Part shown: one piece after another, positions 1 to 9,054 of the stretch | Numbering within the stretch: position 1 is the first letter of the stretch | Layout: every line of letters starts with the position of its first letter | From: Leptolyngbyaceae cyanobacterium | GTDB taxonomy: Bacteria > Cyanobacteriota > Cyanobacteriia > Phormidesmidales > Phormidesmidaceae | DNA: 64,000 nucleotides | Direction of reading: 5' to 3' | Assembly (NCBI GenBank): GCA_965263355.1 | Contig: CBDHHL010000056.1 | Location: forward strand, 224,001-288,000 | Notes under the pieces: model-generated | The model's database searches: none | The model's input: only the letters and a program-made list of their open reading frames with translations | Told to the model about the DNA's origin: nothing | Position numbers and translations under genes: made by a program

Positions 1-1
1 G

Positions 2-1372
2 GTTACCCATGGTGTTGTTGAGTATGGTCAAGCCCGTGGGTCTCAGAATAGTAATACGGTTTCTCCTGAGGCGGCGATAGATTGGGCAATTCGTCAGAAG
101 GAGCCAGGGATTTATGTGTTTAAGGATCTCCATCCGTTTATGGATTCGCCAGCGGTAACGCGGTGTTTGCGGGATGCGATCGCAAGTTTCAAAGGCACTC
201 ACAAGACCATTATCTTAATGTCTCCGGTGCAAGAGATTCCGGTGGAACTTGAGAAGGAAGTTGTGGTTTTAGACTTCTCTATGCCCAGCATGAGTGAGTT
301 GAACAAAGTGCTCACGGCAGAATCAAGTAGGGCTCAAGGGTCGAACATTACCACTGATGTTCGTGAGAAACTTTTGAAGGCAGCTCTGGGTTTGACCGAA
401 GACGAAGCGGAGAAAGTATTTCGTAAGGCCAGGGTGGTTGCTGGCAAGCTAACCGAATCCGAGGTGGATATTGTTCTCTCTGAGAAAAAGCAGCTGATCC
501 GACGTAATGGCATTTTGGAATATATAGAAGAAGATGAGACCCTGGATTCGGTGGGGGGGTTAGAGGAACTTAAACGTTGGTTGAGACAGCGTTCTAATGC
601 CTTTACCGAGCGGGCTCGTGAATATGGTTTGCCGCAGCCAAAGGGAATGTTAATTTTGGGAGTACCCGGTTGTGGTAAGTCTCTGATTGCAAAAACCACA
701 GCGCGCCTTTGGGGACTGCCCCTGTTGCGGTTAGACATTGGCCGAGTATATGACGGGTCCATGGTGGGTCGTTCCGAGGCCAATCTACGGGGGGCGTTAC
801 GCACAGCTGAGTCCATCTCGCCAGCAATTCTCTTTATTGATGAGATTGATAAAGCCTTTGCAGGTGGTGCTGGTTCTGCTGATTCTGATGGCGGTACTTC
901 CAGCCGTATCTTTGGTAGCTTTCTCACCTGGATGCAGGAAAAGAATTCACCAGTGTTTGTGATGGCCACGGCTAACCGAGTGGAGCGGTTACCCAGTGAG
1001 TTTTTACGTAAGGGCCGATTTGACGAAATCTTCTTTGTGGATCTTCCCAATGAAGAAGAGCGTAAAGAGATCTTTAAAATTCATCTTAGTAAGCGTCGCC
1101 GCGATATCGAACGCTTTGATTTCGATCAGCTAACTAAGGTGTGTGAAGGGTTTTCGGGGGCTGAGATTGAACAGGGTTTAATCTCGGCAATGTATGAAGC
1201 GTTTGCCCAGGGTCGAGAGTTTAATCAACTCGATATTATTGCAGCGATCCGGGCTACCTTGCCATTATCTAAGACCATGAATGAACAGGTGACGGCGCTT
1301 CGAGATTGGGCACGGCAGCGTGCTCGCCCCGCTGCTTCATCCGTCGCTGAATATCAGCGGATGGAGTTTTAA
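2..1372 (+). CDS. ycf46: Ycf46-family AAA+ ATPase (5' end lies outside the window)
   Basis: Frame is open from base 2 (VTHGVVEYGQ...KEPGIYVFKD); Walker A GVPGCGKS, Walker B LFIDEIDK, SRH LRKGRFDE; adjacent to ycf35. Confidence 0.9.
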   Translation, partial: VTHGVVEYGQARGSQNSNTVSPEAAIDWAIRQKEPGIYVFKDLHPFMDSPAVTRCLRDAIASFKGTHKTIILMSPVQEIPVELEKEVVVLDFSMPSMSELNKVLTAESSRAQGSNITTDVREKLLKAALGLTEDEAEKVFRKARVVAGKLTESEVDIVLSEKKQLIRRNGILEYIEEDETLDSVGGLEELKRWLRQRSNAFTERAREYGLPQPKGMLILGVPGCGKSLIAKTTARLWGLPLLRLDIGRVYDGSMVGRSEANLRGALRTAESISPAILFIDEIDKAFAGGAGSADSDGGTSSRIFGSFLTWMQEKNSPVFVMATANRVERLPSEFLRKGRFDEIFFVDLPNEEERKEIFKIHLSKRRRDIERFDFDQLTKVCEGFSGAEIEQGLISAMYEAFAQGREFNQLDIIAAIRATLPLSKTMNEQVTALRDWARQRARPAASSVAEYQRMEF

Positions 1373-1530
1373 CAGGCTTTTGTTAGGGGCTTTCCCCTGG
1401 CAGAGGGCTAACCTAAAAGGTTAGCAGTTTTGAGGCAATAGCTTAGCAAATAACTACTCTAAATTTGTTAATCTGTTGGCTTTGCGTTTTCTAGTTCTGT
1501 ATCTCTCATTTCCTACTGGAGGAAACACCA

Positions 1531-1881
1531 ATGTCTCATTTTAGTACTTTACGCACTAAGATCACTGAAGCTGAAATTCTTACTTCTTCTCTAAAGGACC
1601 TCGGCATCTCAGTTAAGACTGAAGCTGATGTTCGTGGTTACAATGGTCAGCGCGTTCGTGCCGACATCGTAGCTGTTCTAGAAGGTGAGTATGATCTAGG
1701 CTGGTCCCGCAATGCTGACGGCTCATTTGATCTAATTGCTGACCTTTGGGGTGTTGCTAAGAAGCATAACCAGACTGAGCTAATCAACTCCATTAACCAG
1801 AAGTATGCGGTTAACCGGACTCTAGCTGAGGTTAAGCGCCCTGGGTTACAGAACGCGAACGTGAAGTTGGTTCTTCAGTAG
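1531..1881 (+). CDS. ycf35: Ycf35 / DUF1257 family protein
   Basis: MSHFSTLRTKIT N-terminus, ADLWG motif, GGAGG RBS, downstream of ycf46. Confidence 0.9.
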   Translation: MSHFSTLRTKITEAEILTSSLKDLGISVKTEADVRGYNGQRVRADIVAVLEGEYDLGWSRNADGSFDLIADLWGVAKKHNQTELINSINQKYAVNRTLAEVKRPGLQNANVKLVLQ

Positions 1882-1927
1882 AAAAGACTACTGCTGATTC
1901 CTATACGCGTTCCCGCGCAGTGTTCAG

Positions 1928-1954
1928 GCTGGCTCTCAATGAGCCAGCTTTTTT
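1928..1954 (+). terminator. Rho-independent terminator
   Basis: GCTGGCTC-tcaat-GAGCCAGC followed by T6 after ycf35. Confidence 0.75.
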
Positions 1955-1980
1955 AACGCAATTGGCTGAATATAGTCAGT

Positions 1981-2143
1981 TAAGTAGGTAGGCAAAATAA
2001 CTTACACAAGAACTTTTCAAGGATGACACTCTTGAAAAGTCCCCCAACCCCCAATTCTGGGAGATTCGGAACTCAAAGTCCCCCAGAATTGGGGGATTTA
2101 GGATGCTTCCAGGATTTTGAAATTAATTGTGCTCATCTACTTA
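1981..2143. mobile_element. MITE-like composite repeat
   Basis: Imperfect terminal inverted repeats TAAGTAGGTAGGCAAAATAA / TTAATTGTGCTCATCTACTTA; internal palindrome CCCCCAATTCTGGG...CCCCAGAATTGGGGG. Confidence 0.6.
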
Positions 2144-2266
2144 ATTGTGCCAACCATATCTTTTGATATCTAAGGCTTTCAGTGATTACCAATACTGTGA
2201 CCTATATGCGCAAACCTATATGTACGCTCTAAAGCGCTATGATTTTGAATAGATAATCAAAGCACC

Positions 2267-2581
2267 ATGAAAACAACGACTTCGACTAATGTTTTGCCTA
2301 TCTTTCAGGCATTTTCAGAGCCCTATCGCTTGCAAGTAATTGAGTTATTGCGCGATCGCGAACTATGCGCCTGCGATATTGCTAATCACTTAGGGATTAG
2401 CGCCTCCAAGCTTTCCTTTCACCTCAAAACCTTGCGTGAAGCAGGGTTGATCCAGGGTAGGCAAGAAGGCCGCTGGATCTATTACCGATTGAATTTGCCG
2501 CAGTTTGTGGTGTTAGAGCAGTACCTGTCTGAGTTTCGACGCTTAAGCCCAATTTTACCGGCCAGGAGTTGCGTAGATTAA
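2267..2581 (+). CDS. ArsR/SmtB family transcriptional regulator
   Basis: ELCACDI metal-binding motif; SKLSFHLKTLREAGLI and GRWIYYRL winged HTH. Confidence 0.9.
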   Translation: MKTTTSTNVLPIFQAFSEPYRLQVIELLRDRELCACDIANHLGISASKLSFHLKTLREAGLIQGRQEGRWIYYRLNLPQFVVLEQYLSEFRRLSPILPARSCVD

Positions 2582-2585
2582 TCTT

Positions 2586-2870
2586 TTATTTGAATTGTAG
2601 AACGGTGACTTTACTGTCAGGTTGCTCCAAGTATTGCTGAGCAGTGTCTTCGATTTTTTTAAGCTGTCCTAATGCTAACCCACAAGGAAAACCATATTTA
2701 GCTTTAACCCGATCGCTGGCGATTTGTAAAGAATCGCGGGAACGTTGTAAAAAATCAGTGATGGTGTAAGTTTCGCCAGCCTGGAAGTAGTCTTTGACGA
2801 TCAGCGATGGGGAGTAGCAGCTTTCCTGCTGACCATCTGGCCATTGGATATGAAACCGAATTTCAGGCAT
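2586..2870 (-). CDS. MSMEG_0570 family protein (Nit1C-associated cluster)
   Basis: MPEIRFHIQWPDG...CYSPSL..KDYF and RVKAKYGFPC signatures. Confidence 0.85.
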   Translation of the reverse strand: MPEIRFHIQWPDGQQESCYSPSLIVKDYFQAGETYTITDFLQRSRDSLQIASDRVKAKYGFPCGLALGQLKKIEDTAQQYLEQPDSKVTVLQFK

Positions 2871-3289
2871 GGTACTTCCAGGAAAAAGACTATTGGTATA
2901 TCGCGATTGACGAATAGTTTTATATAACCACTATAGCGGTAACTGTTTTCTATCATCTGTAACAGATTTTTGTTTGTGCAGTCGGATCGTTTCCAGACAT
3001 TTAGACGTTAGCTTGCTCAAACCCATCAGACATCTGCGGACATTGTTGGCCAGTTCAATGCAGTAAACATATACAAGGTCGAATTTATTGGGATATGGGG
3101 AGTTTGGTAGTGGCATAGTAAGTCCAGTCACAAATAACTGTATTAAGGGTTTAACCTTATTGCCAAAATAGGAGACCCTGCTTCAGAATGCGTAAGTTAT
3201 TTCACGGAGAACTGTGACTCTTTACAGGCTTTTCATCAATTATTATTGATTCATCGTTGCTCGATAGATATTACTCAAGAAAGTCATCT

Positions 3290-3594
3290 CCAATGCTTAG
3301 AAATGATGTTCTAAATATCTGTACCTTGCCGGGTCAAACACTACAGTTGGGTGTTACACAAAGTCATCTCCAATGTTTAGAAATAACGAGAACCTTTGCT
3401 GCCAGGGCCATTGGTGTGAGCAATTACGGGGCTTTCCCGGTAATGTAGCAGACTTGGTATTGATCACTGCAAATTTTGTTTCTGAAGTGATTGGGACGGC
3501 TCCGTTAGAACGTACGGTGATTAAAGCAGGGAAGATTGTTGCTGAGACCCATGCTCAACGGATATTATTAAGCCCTGAGGTCAGCTCAGTGTAA
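3290..3594 (+). pseudogene. Frameshifted C-terminal remnant of a cytosine deaminase-like amidohydrolase
   Basis: FAARAIGVSNYG in one frame, then a shift near 3430 to PGNVADLVLI...RTVIKAGKIVA; typical metal-dependent hydrolase C-terminus; no intact N-terminus. Confidence 0.6.
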
Positions 3595-4703
3595 AGCTCC
3601 AGATGCATTTTGGCGGATTGTTGCCAGCTGTAGCGATTGACAATGGGGCGGCTGTGGTCGATCAGTTTTTGGGCAGTGTTAGGGTTAAGGAGGGTGACCA
3701 TAGCAGTTGCGATCGCATCCACATCCTCAGGGTTTACCAGCATGGCATCCTGCGCTGACAAAAACTCCGTAAACGGGGCCTGGTTAGAGGTAAGTACAGG
3801 GAGGCCAGATGCGATCGCTTCTAAGACCACCAGCCCCCAACCTTCTTGCACTGAGGGAAATACAAAAACATCGGCTAAACGGTAGAGCGTTGGCAGGTCC
3901 GCATCGGGGATGACTCCGGGGAGTACCAAACTATCGGTCAGGCCATAGGCATCTACCAGCGTCATAAACGTTTGTCGGTAGGCCTGATAGTCAAACAACG
4001 TGGCCCCACCAGCAATCACTAGCTGCGCCTGGGGATTTACCTGTCTTACCTGGTGAAAGGCCCTCAGTAAGTTAAGCGAGTTCTTACGGGGCTCAATACC
4101 ACCGACAGTCAGGTACACTGGGCCATTGCGAATGCCATAGGCGTTGGCTAAAGCTGGTTCGGAACCGTTAGGCTGGGCAGAGAACCGACTGCTGACACCG
4201 TTGATGACTCGATGGGCTTCGATGCCATAGTCTTTTTCTAACGTCCGTTGCCAGACATCACTGACACAGAGACAGCGTTGAGGCTGGTAGATGGATTTCT
4301 CTTGACAGTCTTGTAGATAGGGGCTTTGAAAGTCTTCGATGTGGTGAACCGTACGGACAAAATGGGGAATACGACCCTGTTGTTTAAGGATGGCCAGGGC
4401 ATTGGCACTGAGGCAGTCTTGGGCATGGTAGATGTCGTATTGGTGGGGATGGTTTTGGAAAAAGCTGACGAATTCTCCAATTCTTTGTTGAATGAGTTGA
4501 TCGATGCCTTGATGGCAGGGAGCCGCAGGGACGGAACAGGTTGAAAATGAGGTCGGGCGATGAAAGCCTTGCTTATCTTTGTCAAGGGCAAAAACACGGG
4601 GATGGTGGCCAAGTTTGGTCAGGGCTTCAGCTAGCTCCAGGGTGTGGATAACGCTGCCACGGGGTTTGGTTGAATACGTTAGGAGGGCGATGCGGAGAGC
4701 CAT
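3555..4703 (-). CDS. MSMEG_0565 family GT4 glycosyltransferase
   Basis: LLTYSTKPRGSVIHTLELAEAL, HAQDCLSANAL, GGIEPRKN, EGWGLVVLEA. Confidence 0.9.
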   Translation of the reverse strand: MALRIALLTYSTKPRGSVIHTLELAEALTKLGHHPRVFALDKDKQGFHRPTSFSTCSVPAAPCHQGIDQLIQQRIGEFVSFFQNHPHQYDIYHAQDCLSANALAILKQQGRIPHFVRTVHHIEDFQSPYLQDCQEKSIYQPQRCLCVSDVWQRTLEKDYGIEAHRVINGVSSRFSAQPNGSEPALANAYGIRNGPVYLTVGGIEPRKNSLNLLRAFHQVRQVNPQAQLVIAGGATLFDYQAYRQTFMTLVDAYGLTDSLVLPGVIPDADLPTLYRLADVFVFPSVQEGWGLVVLEAIASGLPVLTSNQAPFTEFLSAQDAMLVNPEDVDAIATAMVTLLNPNTAQKLIDHSRPIVNRYSWQQSAKMHLELYTELTSGLNNIR

Positions 4704-4946
4704 GAAAGGGCCGAAGGGATGGATTATCTGATGTTGATCAACCTGAGACTAATCAGATTACCGAAATAATGAACTGCATTTTATATTTTCTTTGTGTTCT
4801 TGCGTTTGCGCTAGAAATAATACTAGGAGCAAGCACCCTCGCCCTATTACCCATGTTATAAACGAATAGTTATCGGTTTAGCAGGACTGTGCCGGAAGTT
4901 TGGTGTAGATGCCTGCAATCTTTACTAGGGTTAGAGGAAGGCAAAG

Positions 4947-6122
4947 ATGAACCAGATATACATTTCCTATGCGTGGAAGGATAATAATACTGAGTTAGGG
5001 CGTCAGCGCGAGGCGTTAGTGGATCGAATTTGTGCTGTGCTACTGGCTAAACGATATAACCTGATTCGCGATCGCAACCACCTTACCCTGGGTCAAAGTA
5101 TTCAAAAATTTATGCAGGAAATTGGTCGCGGCAACTATGTGATCTTGGTCATTAGCGACAAGTACCTGCGTTCTGAGTATTGCATGTTTGAGGCGCTGGA
5201 GGTGATGAAGCGCAAAGACTATCAGCAGAGAATTTTTCCAGTTGTTTTGTCGGATGCTAATATCTACAGTCGTGAAAGTCAGGTTAAATACATTCAGTAT
5301 TGGCAAACAAAAAAAGAACAGCTGGCCGCACTAATTGGGCCAAATCCGGCTGATGAATATTCGGCCATGGTGGATGTAGCCAATAAGATTGCAGAGATTT
5401 CTGAAAATGTGGATGACTTTATTCACTTTGTCAAAGATAAACTAAATATTGACCCTGCCAAGGACTTTGATCGGTTTATTGAGAATCTTACGGGGAATAT
5501 CAAAGAAGATTCAAAACAGCTGAGACGGACAAAAACTATTTTGGTGGCAGGAACTGGCAAATATCACCTGCCGGCTGAGATTAATTGGTGTGCGCAAATG
5601 CTTGGCAAGAGAATTGCTGAACGGACGTATAATCTAATTACCGGAGGGTGGGAAGGCGTAGACTATGTTGTTGCCGATGCCTTTGCTCAGCAACTATCTC
5701 AGGACAATATTCGGTTAACGGATAAGCTGACGCAAATTGTTCCACGGGGAAAACAGCCTTCGTTTAAGGGGGGTATGGTGGAGTATACAGAGTCCGGTGT
5801 CAATGAATGGTTGGACTGTCTGAAACAGGCAGATTTGGTGATTCTATTAGGAGGGGTGGGGGGAACCTATGAAACGTATCAGTATGCTAGACAAGAGCGG
5901 ATTCCGGTGCTTCCAATTGTATGTACCGATGGGGATGCTAAGCGGGTATTTGATGAGATGCTTAGGGACTGGGATCGCTCATTGATGGGCAGCGTATCGC
6001 CTGAGCAGTTTAAGTCGTTGAATCAGTATATTAATGACGCTGAGACGGCGGAAGATGTGATTGAAGATGTGATTGAAATGGTGGATGAGATTATCTTTTC
6101 AAAGATGATGTTGAGGGACTGA
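4947..6122 (+). CDS. TIR domain-SLOG (Smf/DprA/LOG-like) fusion protein
   Basis: N-terminal TIR: IYISYAW, RD, VISDKYLRSEYCMFE, RIFPVVL. C-terminal SLOG-like: LITGGWEGVD, ADLVILLGGVGGTYET, IPVLPI. Confidence 0.75.
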   Translation: MNQIYISYAWKDNNTELGRQREALVDRICAVLLAKRYNLIRDRNHLTLGQSIQKFMQEIGRGNYVILVISDKYLRSEYCMFEALEVMKRKDYQQRIFPVVLSDANIYSRESQVKYIQYWQTKKEQLAALIGPNPADEYSAMVDVANKIAEISENVDDFIHFVKDKLNIDPAKDFDRFIENLTGNIKEDSKQLRRTKTILVAGTGKYHLPAEINWCAQMLGKRIAERTYNLITGGWEGVDYVVADAFAQQLSQDNIRLTDKLTQIVPRGKQPSFKGGMVEYTESGVNEWLDCLKQADLVILLGGVGGTYETYQYARQERIPVLPIVCTDGDAKRVFDEMLRDWDRSLMGSVSPEQFKSLNQYINDAETAEDVIEDVIEMVDEIIFSKMMLRD

Positions 6123-6191
6123 AAGAGTATTGAGTACAACGAAATTTCTCTAGTTAGTTAGTTCTTTATTACTTTTACTCATTTTGACTAA

Positions 6192-6379
6192 CTCATGGTT
6201 CGCTGAAATAGCGCAGAAGAATAGACAATTATAAAATCTAGTAGAACGCCCCTACCGGTAAGTCCTCCATAGCCCAGCTCATTGGAAACGAACGCGTCGA
6301 TGATATCCCCCTGCTGCTGAATCAGATGCAGAAAATCAATCTGAGTGAACTTGTAGATGAGTACTTCAAAAGCCATGGC
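6192..6379 (+). mobile_element. IS1634-family left-end remnant (truncated transposase N-terminus)
   Basis: 6269-6379 reads (ATA)AQLIGNERVDDIPLLLNQMQKINLSELVDEYFKSHG, matching the ERVDDIPLL...HG start of IS1634-type transposases; candidate end CTCATGGTTCGCTGAAA at 6192. Confidence 0.7.
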
Positions 6380-6768
6380 TCCATTAATCCACGCTTCACG
6401 GCTTCACTCAAGGCAGTTGCTTTTCGTAGCAAACCCTCCTGATAAATTTGCATTAGCATCTTTAGATCTAATCGCTCTTCTTCGATTAGAAGCCCTGCTT
6501 GTTGACGATCTAGCAATTCACTTAAGCGCTTATCTTGCGCTGGTTGCATTTGTAACTCTGTTAGAGCTAAAACTTGATCATCAGTTAGATTAGATATTGG
6601 TTCAAGCTCAAGAATATCCGTCCTAATGGGAGGAATGAAAAGTTGTATGCTATCTACCAAAACATTAGCGATATCACGATTTGCTAGTCGTGCAAAAAGC
6701 TCCGCACGTTGGTAGATAGCATCTGGCAAAGTAATTGTAATTTCGGTACTCACGGCTGTACTTCCCAA
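6322..6768 (-). CDS. Antitoxin-like conserved hypothetical protein, with its last ~17 residues replaced by IS sequence
   Basis: ITITLPDAIYQRA...RLSELLDRQQAG...LLRKATALSEAVKRGL family, which I recall lying next to HNH genes; the tail after MEP is antisense IS1634. Confidence 0.6.
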   Translation of the reverse strand: MGSTAVSTEITITLPDAIYQRAELFARLANRDIANVLVDSIQLFIPPIRTDILELEPISNLTDDQVLALTELQMQPAQDKRLSELLDRQQAGLLIEEERLDLKMLMQIYQEGLLRKATALSEAVKRGLMEPWLLKYSSTSSLRLIFCI

Positions 6769-6895
6769 GATCGTTTGGATGGGCTGAAGTTGCTTATTGC
6801 GCTTCTTTTAGTGGGCTCATGAGTAATTTTGGCAGACTTAATAGAGCTTTGCCTATTTTTAGCTTCAGTTTACTTGTCAATAGAAGACTCATGCG

Positions 6896-7204
6896 ATGGC
6901 AAATAATAACCAAATGAAGTTAGTGCTCACAGTAATCATTCGCGGCTACAGGCTTTTAATTTCTCCTCTATTTCCCCCTACTTGCCGCTATACCCCTACC
7001 TGTTCAAACTATGCCCTGGTAGCTATAGAACGCTTTGGCCCATGGCGTGGTAGCTGGATGGCTATCAAGCGCATTGTTCGCTGTAACCCCTGGCATGAGG
7101 GTGGTTACGACCCTGTGCCACTTATACCCATGGTGGGTAAAACAGATTTAAGCGATCTAATCGTCTCCAATGAGGCCTCTGACAGAGTCGCTAATGAAGA
7201 TTAG
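6896..7204 (+). CDS. yidD: Membrane protein insertion efficiency factor YidD
   Basis: [24 protein letters not shown]. Confidence 0.92.
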   Translation: MANNNQMKLVLTVIIRGYRLLISPLFPPTCRYTPTCSNYALVAIERFGPWRGSWMAIKRIVRCNPWHEGGYDPVPLIPMVGKTDLSDLIVSNEASDRVANED

Positions 7205-7296
7205 GAGAAGACATCAACGCCCCACGACTCGTCTCTGCCAACTCGGTTCTAGACTCGATTAAAGTATTTTCAACGTTACTGTCTAAGATCTTAGTA

Positions 7297-7629
7297 ATGA
7301 AACGAGTCAACCTTAATGAACTAGTAGACGAGGGGGTTTCCCATAACACTGCGATACGCAAAAAGGTCATGCTGCAACCGGGAGATATTCCTCATCTGAC
7401 TAACTTTTCTCAGGCTACATTTGCCCCTGGTCAAGTTGCCAAAGCTCATTCCCACTCGGATATGCATGAAGTATTTTTCGTGTCGGCAGGGATGGGGGTG
7501 ATGACCGTTAATGGCTTCGACCAGACGCTTTCACCAGGGGTTTGCATTTGGGTAGAACCGGGGGATGTTCATGAGGTCAAAAATACAGGCGAAGATACCC
7601 TGGTGCTGACCTATTTTGGGATAGTCTAA
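7297..7629 (+). CDS. Cupin domain protein
   Basis: HSHSDMHEVF and VEPGDVHEVKN cupin motifs. Confidence 0.85.
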   Translation: MKRVNLNELVDEGVSHNTAIRKKVMLQPGDIPHLTNFSQATFAPGQVAKAHSHSDMHEVFFVSAGMGVMTVNGFDQTLSPGVCIWVEPGDVHEVKNTGEDTLVLTYFGIV

Positions 7630-8127
7630 ATGCCCTACGATGTGCCGCCGCCACCGTTGGATAATCCTATTTACTTGAACCACCGCCACTGGATGCTGCG
7701 GGCGTTGGAGCTAGCGGAAGTTGCTGGTTCAGTAGATGAGGTGCCTGTAGGTGCCGTAATCGTCGGGCCAAATGACGAGGTAATTGCTGAAGCGGCTAAC
7801 CGTCGTGAGCGAGATCATGACCCTACGGCCCATGCAGAAATTTTGGCCTTACGTCAGGCAGGACAGCAGTTACAAAACTGGCATCTAAATGACTGCCGTT
7901 TGTACGTCACCCTGGAACCCTGCCCCATGTGTGCAGGTGCAATTGTCAATGCGCGGTTGGGTTTACTAGTTTATGGCGCAGATGACCCAAAAACGGGAGC
8001 AATCCGCTCTGTGTTAAATGTGCCAGATGGACCAGCGTCTAATCATCGATTAGAGGTACAGGGGGGAATTCTTGCCTCTTCCTGCCAACAACAGTTACAA
8101 AACTGGTTTTGTCAGAGACGGCAGTGA
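7630..8127 (+). CDS. tadA: tRNA adenosine(34) deaminase
   Basis: EVPVGAV, TAHAE, TLEPCPMCAGA. Confidence 0.92.
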   Translation: MPYDVPPPPLDNPIYLNHRHWMLRALELAEVAGSVDEVPVGAVIVGPNDEVIAEAANRRERDHDPTAHAEILALRQAGQQLQNWHLNDCRLYVTLEPCPMCAGAIVNARLGLLVYGADDPKTGAIRSVLNVPDGPASNHRLEVQGGILASSCQQQLQNWFCQRRQ

Positions 8128-8306
8128 AACTGTCCTGTTTATTGGCAGAGCTACCCTCACCATAGGTATATGGTATGTATACAAATGTGGAATTAAGTAT
8201 CGTTGAGCACATAGGCTATCCACGGTTATGACGGCTCATTTATGGGCAACGGCTTACGACTGGTTCCACTTTGGGTGTGTTTTTCTTTGTTTCCTGAGCA
8301 TCGCTA

Positions 8307-9041
8307 ATGGCTCTTAGTCCGCAATTTTTGCTTCACAGACAGCCGACTCCGGAGGTTGTTCGTTCATCCTGTCCATCTAAGCTGTCCCCCTGGCTGGCTC
8401 CGCTAGCTTATACAGTTGGTGAATGTTTGCTGCTACCTAATTTCTTTAAGACGATTCGTATTATTGGTCAGGAAAATATTCCCACTAGCGGTCCTGTGGT
8501 ATTTGCCCCCACCCATCGTTCTCGATGGGATGCATTGTTAGTGGGTCTGGTCGGCCATCAGGCCACGGGTCGCTATTTACGGTTTATGGTGACGGCGGAT
8601 GAGTGTCTGGGATTACAGGGCTGGGCGATTAAGCGATTGGGTGGGTTTCCGGTAGATGTAAGAAGACCTGCGATCGCAACCCTGCGCCATGGCATGCAGC
8701 TACTCCAAAATCAGCAAACTCTGGTAATTTTTCCCGAAGGGGATATCTTTCGTCAAAAGCAGATCCAACGTCTCAAGCCTGGTTTGGCCAGATTAGCCCT
8801 ACAGGCAGAGCAGTTGACACCCAGCCTGGGGGTAAAGGTACTGCCCATCTATCTTGACTATGACAGCCCTTGCCCTACTTTTGGTAGTAATGTTGAAGTA
8901 CGCATTGGTCAGCCCTTGGCGGTCAAGGATTATCTGACATCTGGCTCAGCTAAGCAACAGGCTATGAAGTTGACGGCAGATCTAAAGCAAACCTTAGACT
9001 CCCTGACTGGCCTTGAACAGCCCCTAGAACTAGCTGTGTAA
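8307..9041 (+). CDS. 1-acyl-sn-glycerol-3-phosphate / lysophospholipid acyltransferase (PlsC-like)
   Basis: HRSRWD (HxxxxD) and FPEG motifs. Confidence 0.88.
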   Translation: MALSPQFLLHRQPTPEVVRSSCPSKLSPWLAPLAYTVGECLLLPNFFKTIRIIGQENIPTSGPVVFAPTHRSRWDALLVGLVGHQATGRYLRFMVTADECLGLQGWAIKRLGGFPVDVRRPAIATLRHGMQLLQNQQTLVIFPEGDIFRQKQIQRLKPGLARLALQAEQLTPSLGVKVLPIYLDYDSPCPTFGSNVEVRIGQPLAVKDYLTSGSAKQQAMKLTADLKQTLDSLTGLEQPLELAV

Positions 9042-9054
9042 GTTGGGGCATGGC

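Noticed and set aside
334..1050. 238-aa minus-strand ORF
   Set aside because: Antisense shadow of ycf46
6188..6376. 62-aa minus-strand ORF MAFEVLIYKF
   Set aside because: Antisense of the IS1634 transposase fragment
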